Shown here: piece after piece, positions 39,016-48,535 of the stretch
Numbering within the stretch: position 1 is the first letter of the stretch
Layout of the letters: the number at the start of each line of letters is the position of its first letter
DNA from: a virus
Length of the DNA: 64,000 nucleotides
Direction: 5' to 3' (one strand)
Virus record (IMG/VR): IMGVR_UViG_3300036766_000670
Coordinates: 14,591 to 78,590 of that record
Program-made: the position numbers and the translations under genes
The notes under the pieces: generated by a model
What the model was told of the DNA's origin: nothing
What the model saw: the letters and a program-made list of their open reading frames with translations, nothing else
Database searches by the model: none

Positions 39016-39286
39016 GTTGTCCGTTGTCGTTATAGAAAGAAATTTGTCGTTCCGAAATTTTTGAGAGGAACTCGTGCTTTAATCTTGGAATTACGTTTCG
39101 TACTGCATTATGATAAACACCATTACACATATTATAGATCTTCACCTTGTCCTCCCGCTTATAGCAACTACATGCTGCTGTGTAATTTTGAATACATTGT
39201 ATCACTTGTAAAAAAGATGAATCCATCCTTGTTATACCATTTCCTTCGAGAAAGTTAACGAACTGTGTAACATTTCGTATATCCAT
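38993..39286 (-). CDS. hypothetical protein
   Basis: 97-aa ORF; last gene of the minus-strand block. Confidence 0.5.
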   Translation of the reverse strand: MDIRNVTQFVNFLEGNGITRMDSSFLQVIQCIQNYTAACSCYKREDKVKIYNMCNGVYHNAVRNVIPRLKHEFLSKISERQISFYNDNGQLIGIISR

Positions 39287-39292
39287 AGGTTC

Positions 39293-39631
39293 TTATCCAA
39301 GTAGTTTATCAATGACGGTGAATAGTAATAACCCACCAACGATGTAACCCGGAGTTAACCACATTGCAGTAATTACTCCGAAGAATATTCCCATCCATAC
39401 TGCAAGGCAAACCGGACAAGTAATCAATCTTATTACAAAGCAGTTGTGGTATAATCTAAGATAATGTAAATATTCTAATGATACATCTTCCTTGTGTTTA
39501 GTATCAAAGTCCTTATAGAACGATAAGAAGTTTAACCGAAAAAGACGAGTATATTCAAGCCAGGCATCGGTACGAAACCATATCAAAAGATTCAAGGCGA
39601 TAAGACATGTGAAAACGAATAGTGATGTCAT
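39293..39631 (-). CDS. membrane protein with CxxC
   Basis: LITCPVCLAVW plus hydrophobic helices. Confidence 0.6.
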   Translation of the reverse strand: MTSLFVFTCLIALNLLIWFRTDAWLEYTRLFRLNFLSFYKDFDTKHKEDVSLEYLHYLRLYHNCFVIRLITCPVCLAVWMGIFFGVITAMWLTPGYIVGGLLLFTVIDKLLG

Positions 39632-39636
39632 TATGC

Positions 39637-40929
39637 TTATAAATATATCAACTCTACACTATCAAGAGAAGGATTTTTGACTGCTACATTTTCCTGTATT
39701 CGGTTCGGTATTGGAAAAGTATTTATTGTGAGATAGCCCTTTCCCCATTGGTATGTTCCAGGACCATCTTGATTACTTTGTTGGTGTAAAATATCGTTAA
39801 GATTGAGAAGTACATTATCTGAGAACACATTCATACTTTGATAGTCTATATCCATGATAACATCTTCGGTTTCCAAGGGCTTATTTACAAAAATATCTTT
39901 TCCTTCCCATGTTCGATAGTACTTTTTGTATATCTCCCATAATGGTGGTGTAATGTCAAGAAGATTATTGGCAGGAATATGCAATTTGTCATATTCTTTA
40001 ATTAAGTTGTTTCTCACCACTTCATTGTCAATGTATATCTTGTCAAATCTATAATAGTTTTGGAATATGACAACTCCATCAAGAGGAGTAACATTCTTGA
40101 AATTGATACTAGCGTGATATTTGTATTCTTTTAGAGGATCAAAAGTCGTTGTATGCTTAAATGTTGGCCATTTGCGAAGAAATCTTTGCATTTCAATTAT
40201 ATCGGCTATAGATTGGAGCCGGGTTCTTGCTTGGAATTTTTCAGTCCACCATTCAATTCCTCGGGACGAAATGCAGGTGAAATGATATACTAAAGCATTC
40301 CAAATTTGCTTAATTTTCAATCCTTTCATCGAAAAACGATATAATAAGTCAGAATCTTCCCGAGAACGACGAAAAAGGGTATCATGTCCTCCAATTTCAA
40401 CCCAATTTTTCTTATAAAGAGTGAAGGGAGCGAACCAGAAGTCGGTCTGATGAAGGCTTTTATTTGCCTCGGCAAATGTTGTGAAATCATCCAGGATAAA
40501 TGTTTTGGGGTCTAACCCAAAGTCATAGGTAATTTTTTCCGGAGATGGTGGGTGAAGTGGTGGCTCGATTCTGGTAGCTGATATGATAGTATCGGGAGTT
40601 AGATATTTCAATATTTCATCATCATAATCTTTACAGATGATCATATCGCTCTGTAAGTAACTTACAACATCAGTTTGAGCCATTTCAAACATTAAGTTTA
40701 TATTTCTAGAATATCCCAAAGGTATTGGTAATGGATTTTTTATAATTCTGAGATTGGGGAAGTGTTGTTTTTGAGTTACGAGGAAGCTCGTGGTGTCCTG
40801 ATTATCATTTTCCACATAAACGAGAATGTCGTGGTCTTTGCGGGAAAGATTTTTGGCAAGAGAACGGAAAAGTAACTCAAGATGCTGTCGCTCGTTTTTA
40901 GCAGTATTGATGCAGAAAGTTATTTTCAT
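39637..40929 (-). CDS. glycosyltransferase, GT2-like
   Basis: ITFCINT...YLQSDM...GGHDTLF...EDSDLLYR...VYHF. Confidence 0.8.
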   Translation of the reverse strand: MKITFCINTAKNERQHLELLFRSLAKNLSRKDHDILVYVENDNQDTTSFLVTQKQHFPNLRIIKNPLPIPLGYSRNINLMFEMAQTDVVSYLQSDMIICKDYDDEILKYLTPDTIISATRIEPPLHPPSPEKITYDFGLDPKTFILDDFTTFAEANKSLHQTDFWFAPFTLYKKNWVEIGGHDTLFRRSREDSDLLYRFSMKGLKIKQIWNALVYHFTCISSRGIEWWTEKFQARTRLQSIADIIEMQRFLRKWPTFKHTTTFDPLKEYKYHASINFKNVTPLDGVVIFQNYYRFDKIYIDNEVVRNNLIKEYDKLHIPANNLLDITPPLWEIYKKYYRTWEGKDIFVNKPLETEDVIMDIDYQSMNVFSDNVLLNLNDILHQQSNQDGPGTYQWGKGYLTINTFPIPNRIQENVAVKNPSLDSVELIYL

Positions 40930-41780
40930 AGAACTTTTTCTATAGTACGACACAATCCTTCATCAAATCCAATCAATTTATCGACTATAGGCAATTCATA
41001 AAGATTTTTATAATCACCTGTATAACTTCCATACCCAAATGGTTCTATTTCTTTGATTGCAGGTCCATGTATTTTGGTATGTTTATGTATAAGATTTGCT
41101 ATTTTCAACAAATCCATTTTTTTGTCATAAACTAGGTTGAGATTTCGTTGCCAAGTTGGATTATGGAAAATATAATCCATCACTATGAAAATGTCATCCA
41201 TGTAAAAAAAATCCATCTCCATATTCCGATGGATTTCTATTGGCAATCCTTTTTTAAGATTGAGAATAGAACGTTTTATAAAGCGGGTATCCTCTTCATT
41301 ATAATTGAAACATCCAAAAATGCGAAGCACCCACATATTCTCGAAATCCGAAAGTGCTCTTCGTGCAATAATATTTTTTGATAAGCCATAAGGATCGGTG
41401 GGCCACCTGGAGAAAAGGTACTCTTCACGACATAATTGTATTGGATATCTTCTATCAAACTCTGCTCCCGAACCTATAAGAATTGTTGGAGGAAAATCAT
41501 GATAGTTTTGAAGTATAGCACGATATAGATTTTCAAACATTCTGATATTTGGAATATATACTTCATCAAATGTATCCTTTTTGGTGCGTTTCCCTCCCTT
41601 TGTAGCAGCATGGATAATAGCATCTGGATGATTTTGTTTTAGATATTCAACCAAAGATTCAAAATTGAAAAGATCCAGTTCTGTTCGTGAAGGAGCAAGA
41701 ACATCATACCCCGCCCGTTCAAATAGAGGTTTGAGATTTCTTGCTATATAGCCGCTTCCACCTGTGATTAGGAGTTTCAT
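40926..41780 (-). CDS. NAD-dependent epimerase/reductase (SDR)
   Basis: ITGGSGYIA, GSGAE, YGLSK. Confidence 0.88.
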   Translation of the reverse strand: MKLLITGGSGYIARNLKPLFERAGYDVLAPSRTELDLFNFESLVEYLKQNHPDAIIHAATKGGKRTKKDTFDEVYIPNIRMFENLYRAILQNYHDFPPTILIGSGAEFDRRYPIQLCREEYLFSRWPTDPYGLSKNIIARRALSDFENMWVLRIFGCFNYNEEDTRFIKRSILNLKKGLPIEIHRNMEMDFFYMDDIFIVMDYIFHNPTWQRNLNLVYDKKMDLLKIANLIHKHTKIHGPAIKEIEPFGYGSYTGDYKNLYELPIVDKLIGFDEGLCRTIEKVL

Positions 41781-42265
41781 TTAATTAGATTTATGTAATG
41801 AGGTTTTTCATCATGTAAAAAAAGTAGAAATTCGTTTGTTAGATCTAATACCGTTGGCGGTTTTGATGAAATGATGCTTTTGAATTGTTTCATAATTGCC
41901 ATATCTTCTTCGGCCCAGTGCGTAAAACCTAAATATCCATAATCTTTATCTCTTCCTCCACCAACCAGTTTTATAGGAAGTTTTTCATATTCCATAAAAT
42001 TTCTTATGAACTCGAATGGACGATAAAGCAGAAAAGATGTAATGGAATAGCAGATAGGGGTCTTTCCTTCCATTGCTAAACCAGCGGCAACTCCAATCAT
42101 AAATTGTTCAGCCGAACCCACATTGAAAAATCTATCAAAAAATTCTTTACGAATATCGTCCCATAGACCATATCCCATATCAGCGGTTATAAGGATGATG
42201 TTTTTTCCACGATCCTTACGCATTTCTGTTAAAAGCATTTTGGCAAAATCTCGTCTCATTTGCAT
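41777..42265 (-). CDS. transketolase-like, pyrimidine-binding subunit
   Basis: TADMGY, NVGSAEQFMIGVAAGLA, GFTH. Confidence 0.85.
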   Translation of the reverse strand: MQMRRDFAKMLLTEMRKDRGKNIILITADMGYGLWDDIRKEFFDRFFNVGSAEQFMIGVAAGLAMEGKTPICYSITSFLLYRPFEFIRNFMEYEKLPIKLVGGGRDKDYGYLGFTHWAEEDMAIMKQFKSIISSKPPTVLDLTNEFLLFLHDEKPHYINLIK

Positions 42266-42891
42266 ATCTCCATTGCTATATCATAATCTTCTTTGGACAT
42301 TATTTTATAATGGGCGTTCAAATCATGAAGGAAGGGGAAGTGTTCGGAAGTGCAGTTTATAATTGAAACTTGAGCTTTTTGAGTAAATCCCGATATTTGA
42401 CGATATAATTTATATGGTGGAATTGGATCATAAGCACCATAGCCATTAGACATAATATACACTTGAATGTTGGGAACATCATTCATGTCTAAAAATCGTA
42501 ATGCTTCCCAAAATACACCCTCGGCTGTTTCTCCATCACTAACCATTACGTGAATTCGACGATTTTTATTAGTCAATGCTCGGCCAACGGCGGCAGCTAT
42601 TCCCATTCCTAAACTGCCAGTAGAGCAGTAAATGTGATTTTCCTCGTCTAAGTGAGGATGTCCACCATGCTTTTTGAAAAGTTCCTCGGCATCATGACCA
42701 TAGTATTTTTCAAGTACAACATATAAAGCGAGGGCAGCATGTCCATTAGAAAGAATGAAAATGTCATCGAGTTTCTTTTTCTTAAAAATCCAATCAATCG
42801 TATCTACACATGAAAAATAGCTTCCCAGATGAGCAAGTTTATGTTTATAAGCAATCTCAATTATTCGTTTCTTCAAGTCTTTATTTACCAT
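42256..42891 (-). CDS. transketolase-like, TPP-binding N-terminal subunit
   Basis: HLGS, LSNGHA, GHP, STGSLGMG, SDGETAEG. Confidence 0.88.
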   Translation of the reverse strand: MVNKDLKKRIIEIAYKHKLAHLGSYFSCVDTIDWIFKKKKLDDIFILSNGHAALALYVVLEKYYGHDAEELFKKHGGHPHLDEENHIYCSTGSLGMGIAAAVGRALTNKNRRIHVMVSDGETAEGVFWEALRFLDMNDVPNIQVYIMSNGYGAYDPIPPYKLYRQISGFTQKAQVSIINCTSEHFPFLHDLNAHYKIMSKEDYDIAMEICK

Positions 42892-43856
42892 ATAAAATTG
42901 TCCTGGTAATATTTTACCACAGTCGGCAATTCTTTGTCAAATTCACAGAGATTTTTCCACCCGAGTTTTCGTAATTTACTATCATCAAGACTATAGCGTA
43001 AATCTTGACCATCACGAGAATATGAAAAATCACAATAATCTTTTGCTTTTCCAGTTAAATTCACATCTGAACTCATAATAAGTTTAGTTATTTTTTTGAC
43101 TACCTCTATATTAGAAAGTTCACAATCTCCCGAGATGTTATATATCTCATTGAGTGGCGCTCCTTCATCATTGGCATAGATTATAGTTACAACGGCATAT
43201 GCTGTGTCTTTAGCATGTAACCATACTCGTTTTGGAAGCCCAAAATTATGAAGAGGAATTTTTTTCCCGAGTTGAATAAATTTGCATGTCTTGGGAATGA
43301 GTTTTTCTACGTACTGTCCAATCCCATAGTTATTCGTAGGTCTAACAATAATGTATGGAACCTTGAACGTTCTTCCCCAAGCTGTGATAAGCATATCTGC
43401 CGCTGCTTTAGTTGCTGAATATGGATTGCTTGGTTTGAGTAAATCTTTTTCCGTATATGAACCTTCTTTGATGTTTCCATATACTTCGTCGGTGCTAAAA
43501 TGTAAAAATATTGGCATCTTGTACCTATCCTTTTGACGAATGAGTTCCAATAGATGTTTTACTCCTTTGATATTAGAATGAATGAACTCATCACTATTTA
43601 CGATAGAATTGTCCACATGTGTTTCAGCAGCAATATTGATTACATAATCGCAATCGTATAATGAAGTCAGATCATTTATATCGGCGTGGATAAACTTGAA
43701 TTCTTTCCATTGAAGAAACTCTTTCAATGCCTCTGGTTGAGCGGCATAGGTCATTTTATCTACTCCGATGACATACCATCCTTCATCTAAACATTCTCTG
43801 GTAACATATGCTCCAATAAATCCAAGGCAACCTGTAATATATACTATTTTTTTCAT
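42885..43856 (-). CDS. rmlB: dTDP-glucose 4,6-dehydratase
   Basis: TGCLGFIG, DKMTYA, AAETHVDNS, STDEVYG, PYSATKA, NNYG..Q..EKLIP. Confidence 0.9.
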   Translation of the reverse strand: MKKIVYITGCLGFIGAYVTRECLDEGWYVIGVDKMTYAAQPEALKEFLQWKEFKFIHADINDLTSLYDCDYVINIAAETHVDNSIVNSDEFIHSNIKGVKHLLELIRQKDRYKMPIFLHFSTDEVYGNIKEGSYTEKDLLKPSNPYSATKAAADMLITAWGRTFKVPYIIVRPTNNYGIGQYVEKLIPKTCKFIQLGKKIPLHNFGLPKRVWLHAKDTAYAVVTIIYANDEGAPLNEIYNISGDCELSNIEVVKKITKLIMSSDVNLTGKAKDYCDFSYSRDGQDLRYSLDDSKLRKLGWKNLCEFDKELPTVVKYYQDNFIW

Positions 43857-44551
43857 AACATTTTCTTGAATTGAAAGTAAAAATTCCAACTCTGTATTAG
43901 TTCATCCGGCATTGTTTCCTCACTATTCAGTTTTGGGTAATGCGGAGTTTGTAGCGGTGACGGATAGACCGCAACAGACTCAAGTTTATGTATGTACATA
44001 AAATACAAAAAATTGTCGTAATCCCATAATCCTCTATATAAAAACTGGTGGGCCATTCTCCAATTTGGAATGCTTATCATTAAAATAGAGTTCTTGTGCA
44101 TCAAACTGTATATTTTTTTCATTACATTTGACGGAGCTATCAAGTGTTCGAGGGTATCATTACAAATAATAAGATCATAGACAGGAAAAAGTCCACTTAC
44201 ATCCATATCCATAGAAATATCTTTCACAAAAAAGGTTCCTTTGAACTTTTTATTATCAAAATATTTTTTGGCAAATGGTTTATCTACTAAATGATAATTC
44301 ACTGGATACGAAAGTTTGGTTTGTATTTTTTGACTTAGAATACCCGGGCCAGACCCAACTTCCAGTATGGTCTTGACCTGAATTGAAGAGACAATTTCAA
44401 CAGTAAGAGATGCTTCGTATTCATATCGGTTATCCCACCCGTTTTCGTCTAATCGTCCGACAGTATCCCATTCATTTGGATCGAGAGTATCTACTTTGTT
44501 GGCAGTAAAACTTCGTTCAAAATCGTTATGTGTAACTCGGAACATTGCCAT
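43853..44551 (-). CDS. SAM-dependent methyltransferase
   Basis: ILEVGSGPG, YDLIICNDTLEH, SIPN. Confidence 0.85.
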   Translation of the reverse strand: MAMFRVTHNDFERSFTANKVDTLDPNEWDTVGRLDENGWDNRYEYEASLTVEIVSSIQVKTILEVGSGPGILSQKIQTKLSYPVNYHLVDKPFAKKYFDNKKFKGTFFVKDISMDMDVSGLFPVYDLIICNDTLEHLIAPSNVMKKIYSLMHKNSILMISIPNWRMAHQFLYRGLWDYDNFLYFMYIHKLESVAVYPSPLQTPHYPKLNSEETMPDELIQSWNFYFQFKKML

Positions 44552-44552
44552 A

Positions 44553-45215
44553 TTAGGTAATTTGTTTCATTTGAAGATTGGTCAGGTCATATTTATATTT
44601 TATGGACGATTTTTTCAAAAATACTTGCCAGGCGTGGTCAAGCATTTGAAAATTTCCCTGATAAGCATTTAAAAAGGCATCAATTCCTAGTTTTGGTTTT
44701 TGTTTTTCGTCAGTGGTATGAATACCCCATCCATAATTGTTGAAAATAAGAATTCCTCCATCTTTGAGGAGATTCCATGACAGAACAGCATCACTTAATA
44801 CATCAATTGCCAAATTAGAACCATCAACATAAACATAATCCACAGTTTCAGATATGAATACACTTGGATCACGAAGTATGTCATACGATTTTCCTTTCAT
44901 AAACCGAATGTTTTTGTAAGGAACAATGTTATTTGTGAGATATTCAGTCTCGGTGATGTCAATAGTGTAATGGAGACTATTTTCTCCATTTGTAATTCTA
45001 TCGGCGCAGAACACAGCGCAATCTCCATTATACGCTCCTATTTCTATCCCAAGTACATTTGGTTTATTTGAAAAATGCCCTAAATAAGTTTGCCATTTTG
45101 GAATCCACTTCTCAAAAAAATTTGATCCCATAAATCCTTCGGGTCTTTTCATGTGAAATGGATAAGTGTAGGTTGTAATATCTTTTGTTAATGTATATTC
45201 CGCTTTATCACTCAT
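44553..45215 (-). CDS. class I SAM methyltransferase (possibly degenerate)
   Basis: IEIGAYNG, DYVYVDGSN, LKDGGILIFNNY. Confidence 0.75.
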   Translation of the reverse strand: MSDKAEYTLTKDITTYTYPFHMKRPEGFMGSNFFEKWIPKWQTYLGHFSNKPNVLGIEIGAYNGDCAVFCADRITNGENSLHYTIDITETEYLTNNIVPYKNIRFMKGKSYDILRDPSVFISETVDYVYVDGSNLAIDVLSDAVLSWNLLKDGGILIFNNYGWGIHTTDEKQKPKLGIDAFLNAYQGNFQMLDHAWQVFLKKSSIKYKYDLTNLQMKQIT

Positions 45216-46570
45216 ATGTTTTTAAAAAATTCCTTTACTATTTGTTCTACATAATCCAGTTGTGGTGATGTAATTACTGGACTGGTTCCTAAAAAGAAAG
45301 TGTTGGTTGTTACTAAAGTTGCCACCGGAAAAAGTTTTCTCGCCCACTCAGCGTTCATTCCTATTGCTTGTCGTAATATTCCATAATCATTATGCCACCA
45401 CCCTATGTCTGCATATGCAGGTTGAAGAAGAAGATTGCCGCCGAAATAATTTCGGGTTTGAATCTTGTATTCTTCCAAATAACTTGTAAGTTTAGATCGT
45501 GTAAATGGGCCACATTGTTTTACTGTAAGAGGAAATGCAAACCAAGAAGGATCTGAATTCGGCGTAGCTTCATGAATATATAGAAATTCTTCATAGGGTT
45601 TGAATATATCATATAACCGCTTATAGTTTGCCTTCCGTATTTCGTGGATTTTTGGTAATTTTTTCATCTGAGCAAGTCCAATAGAACATTGAAGTTCTAT
45701 GGGTTTCAGATTATACCCGATATTATCATATACATATTTGTGATCAAATATTTCTTCTGGAAGCGAAGGCAACCAGTTTTTGAATCGGCATCCACAGGTG
45801 CCCTTGGGTGAAAGATTTGCCTTCTTTCCAACACAATAGCATCCACGTCCCCACTCTCTAAAGCTACGGGCGATTTTCTTTTGTTCTTCATTTTCACAAG
45901 CAAGAAATCCACCTTCGCCCATTGTCATATGATGAGCGGGGTAAAATGAGCATGTAGATAATTTTCCATAACTTCCCAGAGGCTTGTTTCTGTAAGTTGA
46001 GCCGAGGGCATCACAACAATCTTCCAAAAATATCATGCCATATCTATCCATAATGTCGATCAATTCATCCATATTGGGAGGATTGCCTAACACATGAGCA
46101 AATATAATAACTGCGGCACCATTTTTGGCAGCTATTTTTACTTGATACAAATCCGGACCAAGATTCCACGGATCAATATCAATAAATACAGGTTCAAATC
46201 CGGCTTGAATGATTGGATTGACTGTCGTTGGAAATCCTGCTACAGGAACAATGACCTTGGTTCTGTTTTTGAGTTTGAAGTACTTCTTGGCAGTGACCAT
46301 CATTAAAAGATTGGCACTGGAACCACTATTGGTGATTATGCCATAGTATTTTCCAAGCAGGGATGGAAACGTCTTTTCAAATTCCACCGCATCTTGTCCA
46401 AGAATAAGCCATTCATCGAGCAATGTGTTTATCGCTTTGGAATACTCCTCACCATCAAAGTAAGGACCAGAATATTGAACCCAATCTTTACCTGGAGTCC
46501 ATATTTTGGCCGCTTGTTTTTCGGCCATATATTCTTCGATGAGGTTTAATATTTCTTGTTTTGTAACCAT
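45212..46570 (-). CDS. rfbH: NDP-4-keto-6-deoxyglucose 3-dehydratase (RfbH/DdhC, E1)
   Basis: NSGSSANL, EDCCDALG, SFYPAHHMTMGEGG (His in place of the PLP Lys), WGRGCYC...TCGCRF Cys cluster, DHKY...GYNLK. Confidence 0.9.
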   Translation of the reverse strand: MVTKQEILNLIEEYMAEKQAAKIWTPGKDWVQYSGPYFDGEEYSKAINTLLDEWLILGQDAVEFEKTFPSLLGKYYGIITNSGSSANLLMMVTAKKYFKLKNRTKVIVPVAGFPTTVNPIIQAGFEPVFIDIDPWNLGPDLYQVKIAAKNGAAVIIFAHVLGNPPNMDELIDIMDRYGMIFLEDCCDALGSTYRNKPLGSYGKLSTCSFYPAHHMTMGEGGFLACENEEQKKIARSFREWGRGCYCVGKKANLSPKGTCGCRFKNWLPSLPEEIFDHKYVYDNIGYNLKPIELQCSIGLAQMKKLPKIHEIRKANYKRLYDIFKPYEEFLYIHEATPNSDPSWFAFPLTVKQCGPFTRSKLTSYLEEYKIQTRNYFGGNLLLQPAYADIGWWHNDYGILRQAIGMNAEWARKLFPVATLVTTNTFFLGTSPVITSPQLDYVEQIVKEFFKNI

Positions 46571-46578
46571 ATTTTTGT

Positions 46579-46607
46579 AGTATATCACCTTTGTTACTAC
46601 CTGGCAA
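46579..46607 (-). promoter_or_regulatory. sigma70-like promoter inside the glycan island
   Basis: TTGCCA-17-TATACT, 8 nt before ATG 46570. Confidence 0.6.
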
Positions 46608-46621
46608 CTTATTTTATGTTC

Positions 46622-47551
46622 TTAACCAGTATATATATCTTTTAGATGATCAAATATTTCAAATTGGAGATTTGGATTGAATGTAAGAATTCCAAATGTA
46701 ACATTGCTCGGTGATCCAATAAAATAATGACATCGTGACAGGTTTATTGTATCAGTAAGAACATAAACATATTCATCCAAAAGAGATTCGGTTTTAATCC
46801 AACCTTTTCTAAATCCTCCATCTGTAATTGAAGATATACTACTTCCATCCAAATATGATGAGGTTTTTCGTGTCCAATCTTCGAGACCAAAAGTTCTTTG
46901 ATGGTTGACATAAATTAACTTATCCTGAAACTTGATTTTGCAAAGTTCCAAAAACCCATGTTGATCACAACCTAAATATATCTGTTCAAATCCCCCACTT
47001 TCAAATGTTCGTTCTATTTGGTTAAGACACATTTCATGATATTGTTCATTCGAAAGTCGGACAGAAAGCGGTAAGTTTAATTCGGAGTTCTGGAAATAAT
47101 GAAGAATAAATCTATACTGAACCCCAAGAGTTTTCTTTGAGAAATCGGCAAAGGATATTATATTCGGTTTAAGAGTTAAATACTTCGCATAAGCATTGTA
47201 AAGAACGGCTCTCAATTTTCCAAACTTGGGGTTTAAATATATTTTTCCACCGCAATAGAACCATCCCTTATATTCGTCATACATGTCTCCAACAATTTGT
47301 TGTCTCAACTGGTCAACTCTATTTATCCTAAATGATGAACCTTGATAATATCCATCATTGTTTTTGTCAGAAGGTTCAAATTTGTATTTTTGATTAAATA
47401 ACTCCTCAAATATGTTTATACCATCTCTGTCCCATCCGTTCCACAGAATATAAATCGGTTCTCCGCTGAGTTCGGAATACCAGCACCAATCAATAACAGC
47501 GTTGAAATTACTGAAAAATCCTGCCAGAGGTCTGTTTTTGATGATAATCAT
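46622..47551 (-). CDS. NodZ/O-fucosyltransferase-like glycosyltransferase
   Basis: AGFFSNF, LGVQYR, IYLGCD, LSRCHYFIGSPSNV. Confidence 0.65.
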   Translation of the reverse strand: MIIIKNRPLAGFFSNFNAVIDWCWYSELSGEPIYILWNGWDRDGINIFEELFNQKYKFEPSDKNNDGYYQGSSFRINRVDQLRQQIVGDMYDEYKGWFYCGGKIYLNPKFGKLRAVLYNAYAKYLTLKPNIISFADFSKKTLGVQYRFILHYFQNSELNLPLSVRLSNEQYHEMCLNQIERTFESGGFEQIYLGCDQHGFLELCKIKFQDKLIYVNHQRTFGLEDWTRKTSSYLDGSSISSITDGGFRKGWIKTESLLDEYVYVLTDTINLSRCHYFIGSPSNVTFGILTFNPNLQFEIFDHLKDIYTG

Positions 47552-48357
47552 ACTTTTATTGAAATCCAGTCTGAGGGGAACCACGATCCATTTATAAAGT
47601 CAAATTCTCCTGGCCCAACATACTGATATGGACATACTACTATTTTGTCAGGATTAGGATTGAGATATGCTCCCCACCAGCCGAATGTACTATTTGCTAT
47701 GATATTATGATTACACATGGACATTATACACATGTCAACATAGTTAGAGTTATTTTCACTATAAACAACATTATCTCCTGTTATGTTTTCTTTACACCAC
47801 GGGATGTCATCCGAGAAAACTATAATAGTAAATTGTGGAACCTTCGTTTGAATAATGTTAAATGCATCTTGATAATAATTCAAATCAAGATTGAGAGAAG
47901 ATACTTGTAAATAATCTGTGCGTCTGAAATGCATAGATACGAATGGAGGCTTGATGGATTGTAAAAAAGAGGAGGCTTTCTCTACTATTTCTTTTTTGAA
48001 CCGATATTCTTTACATATGTCTGATCTATATTCATCCCAATATTTGTACACATGGAAACACCCCATAATATCCCAGTTGAGAGACGGATCTATGGAATAA
48101 ACATCTAAATCTACTACTTGATTTTTCAAATAATATCTGCAAAACTGGACTCCTTGTAGTTCTGACAAGGATACCAACTTTCCGGTTAAGTTAAATGGCT
48201 CGAATATTTTTATCCCACGATGGACATTCATCAATTCTCGAAAAAACACGATATCATGCCCCATTTTTTTGGATAATGCATAGAGACCGGCATATTGACT
48301 CATTTGCGAACCCATTTGTGGTCCCATAGACAAATCAGTTTTGGTTAGAAAGCTCAT
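47548..48357 (-). CDS. alpha-1,2-fucosyltransferase-like (GT11)
   Basis: MGSQMSQYA, MHFRRTDY, FSDDIPWC, CNHNIIANSTFGWWGAYL. Confidence 0.88.
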   Translation of the reverse strand: MSFLTKTDLSMGPQMGSQMSQYAGLYALSKKMGHDIVFFRELMNVHRGIKIFEPFNLTGKLVSLSELQGVQFCRYYLKNQVVDLDVYSIDPSLNWDIMGCFHVYKYWDEYRSDICKEYRFKKEIVEKASSFLQSIKPPFVSMHFRRTDYLQVSSLNLDLNYYQDAFNIIQTKVPQFTIIVFSDDIPWCKENITGDNVVYSENNSNYVDMCIMSMCNHNIIANSTFGWWGAYLNPNPDKIVVCPYQYVGPGEFDFINGSWFPSDWISIKV

Positions 48358-48358
48358 C

Positions 48359-48529
48359 TTATTTCCACTTGTTTAAATAATCTACCGCTTTTAGAATTGT
48401 AGAAATATTTTCTCCAAATAAACCAATCGCTTGATTACATTTTTGGCATAATAACTGTTTTACTTTTCTTGTCGTATGGTTGTGATCATCCATATATCTT
48501 TTTTGTTGTTCTTTATCTTTGTATGCCAT
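48359..48529 (-). pseudogene. internally deleted endonuclease VII-type HNH remnant
   Basis: 56 aa MAYKDKEQQKRYMDDHNHTTRKVKQLLCQKCNQAIGLFGEN...AVDYLNKWK; resembles the C-terminus of 2859..3311 but lacks the first CxxC. Confidence 0.75.
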
Positions 48530-48535
48530 ATTATT

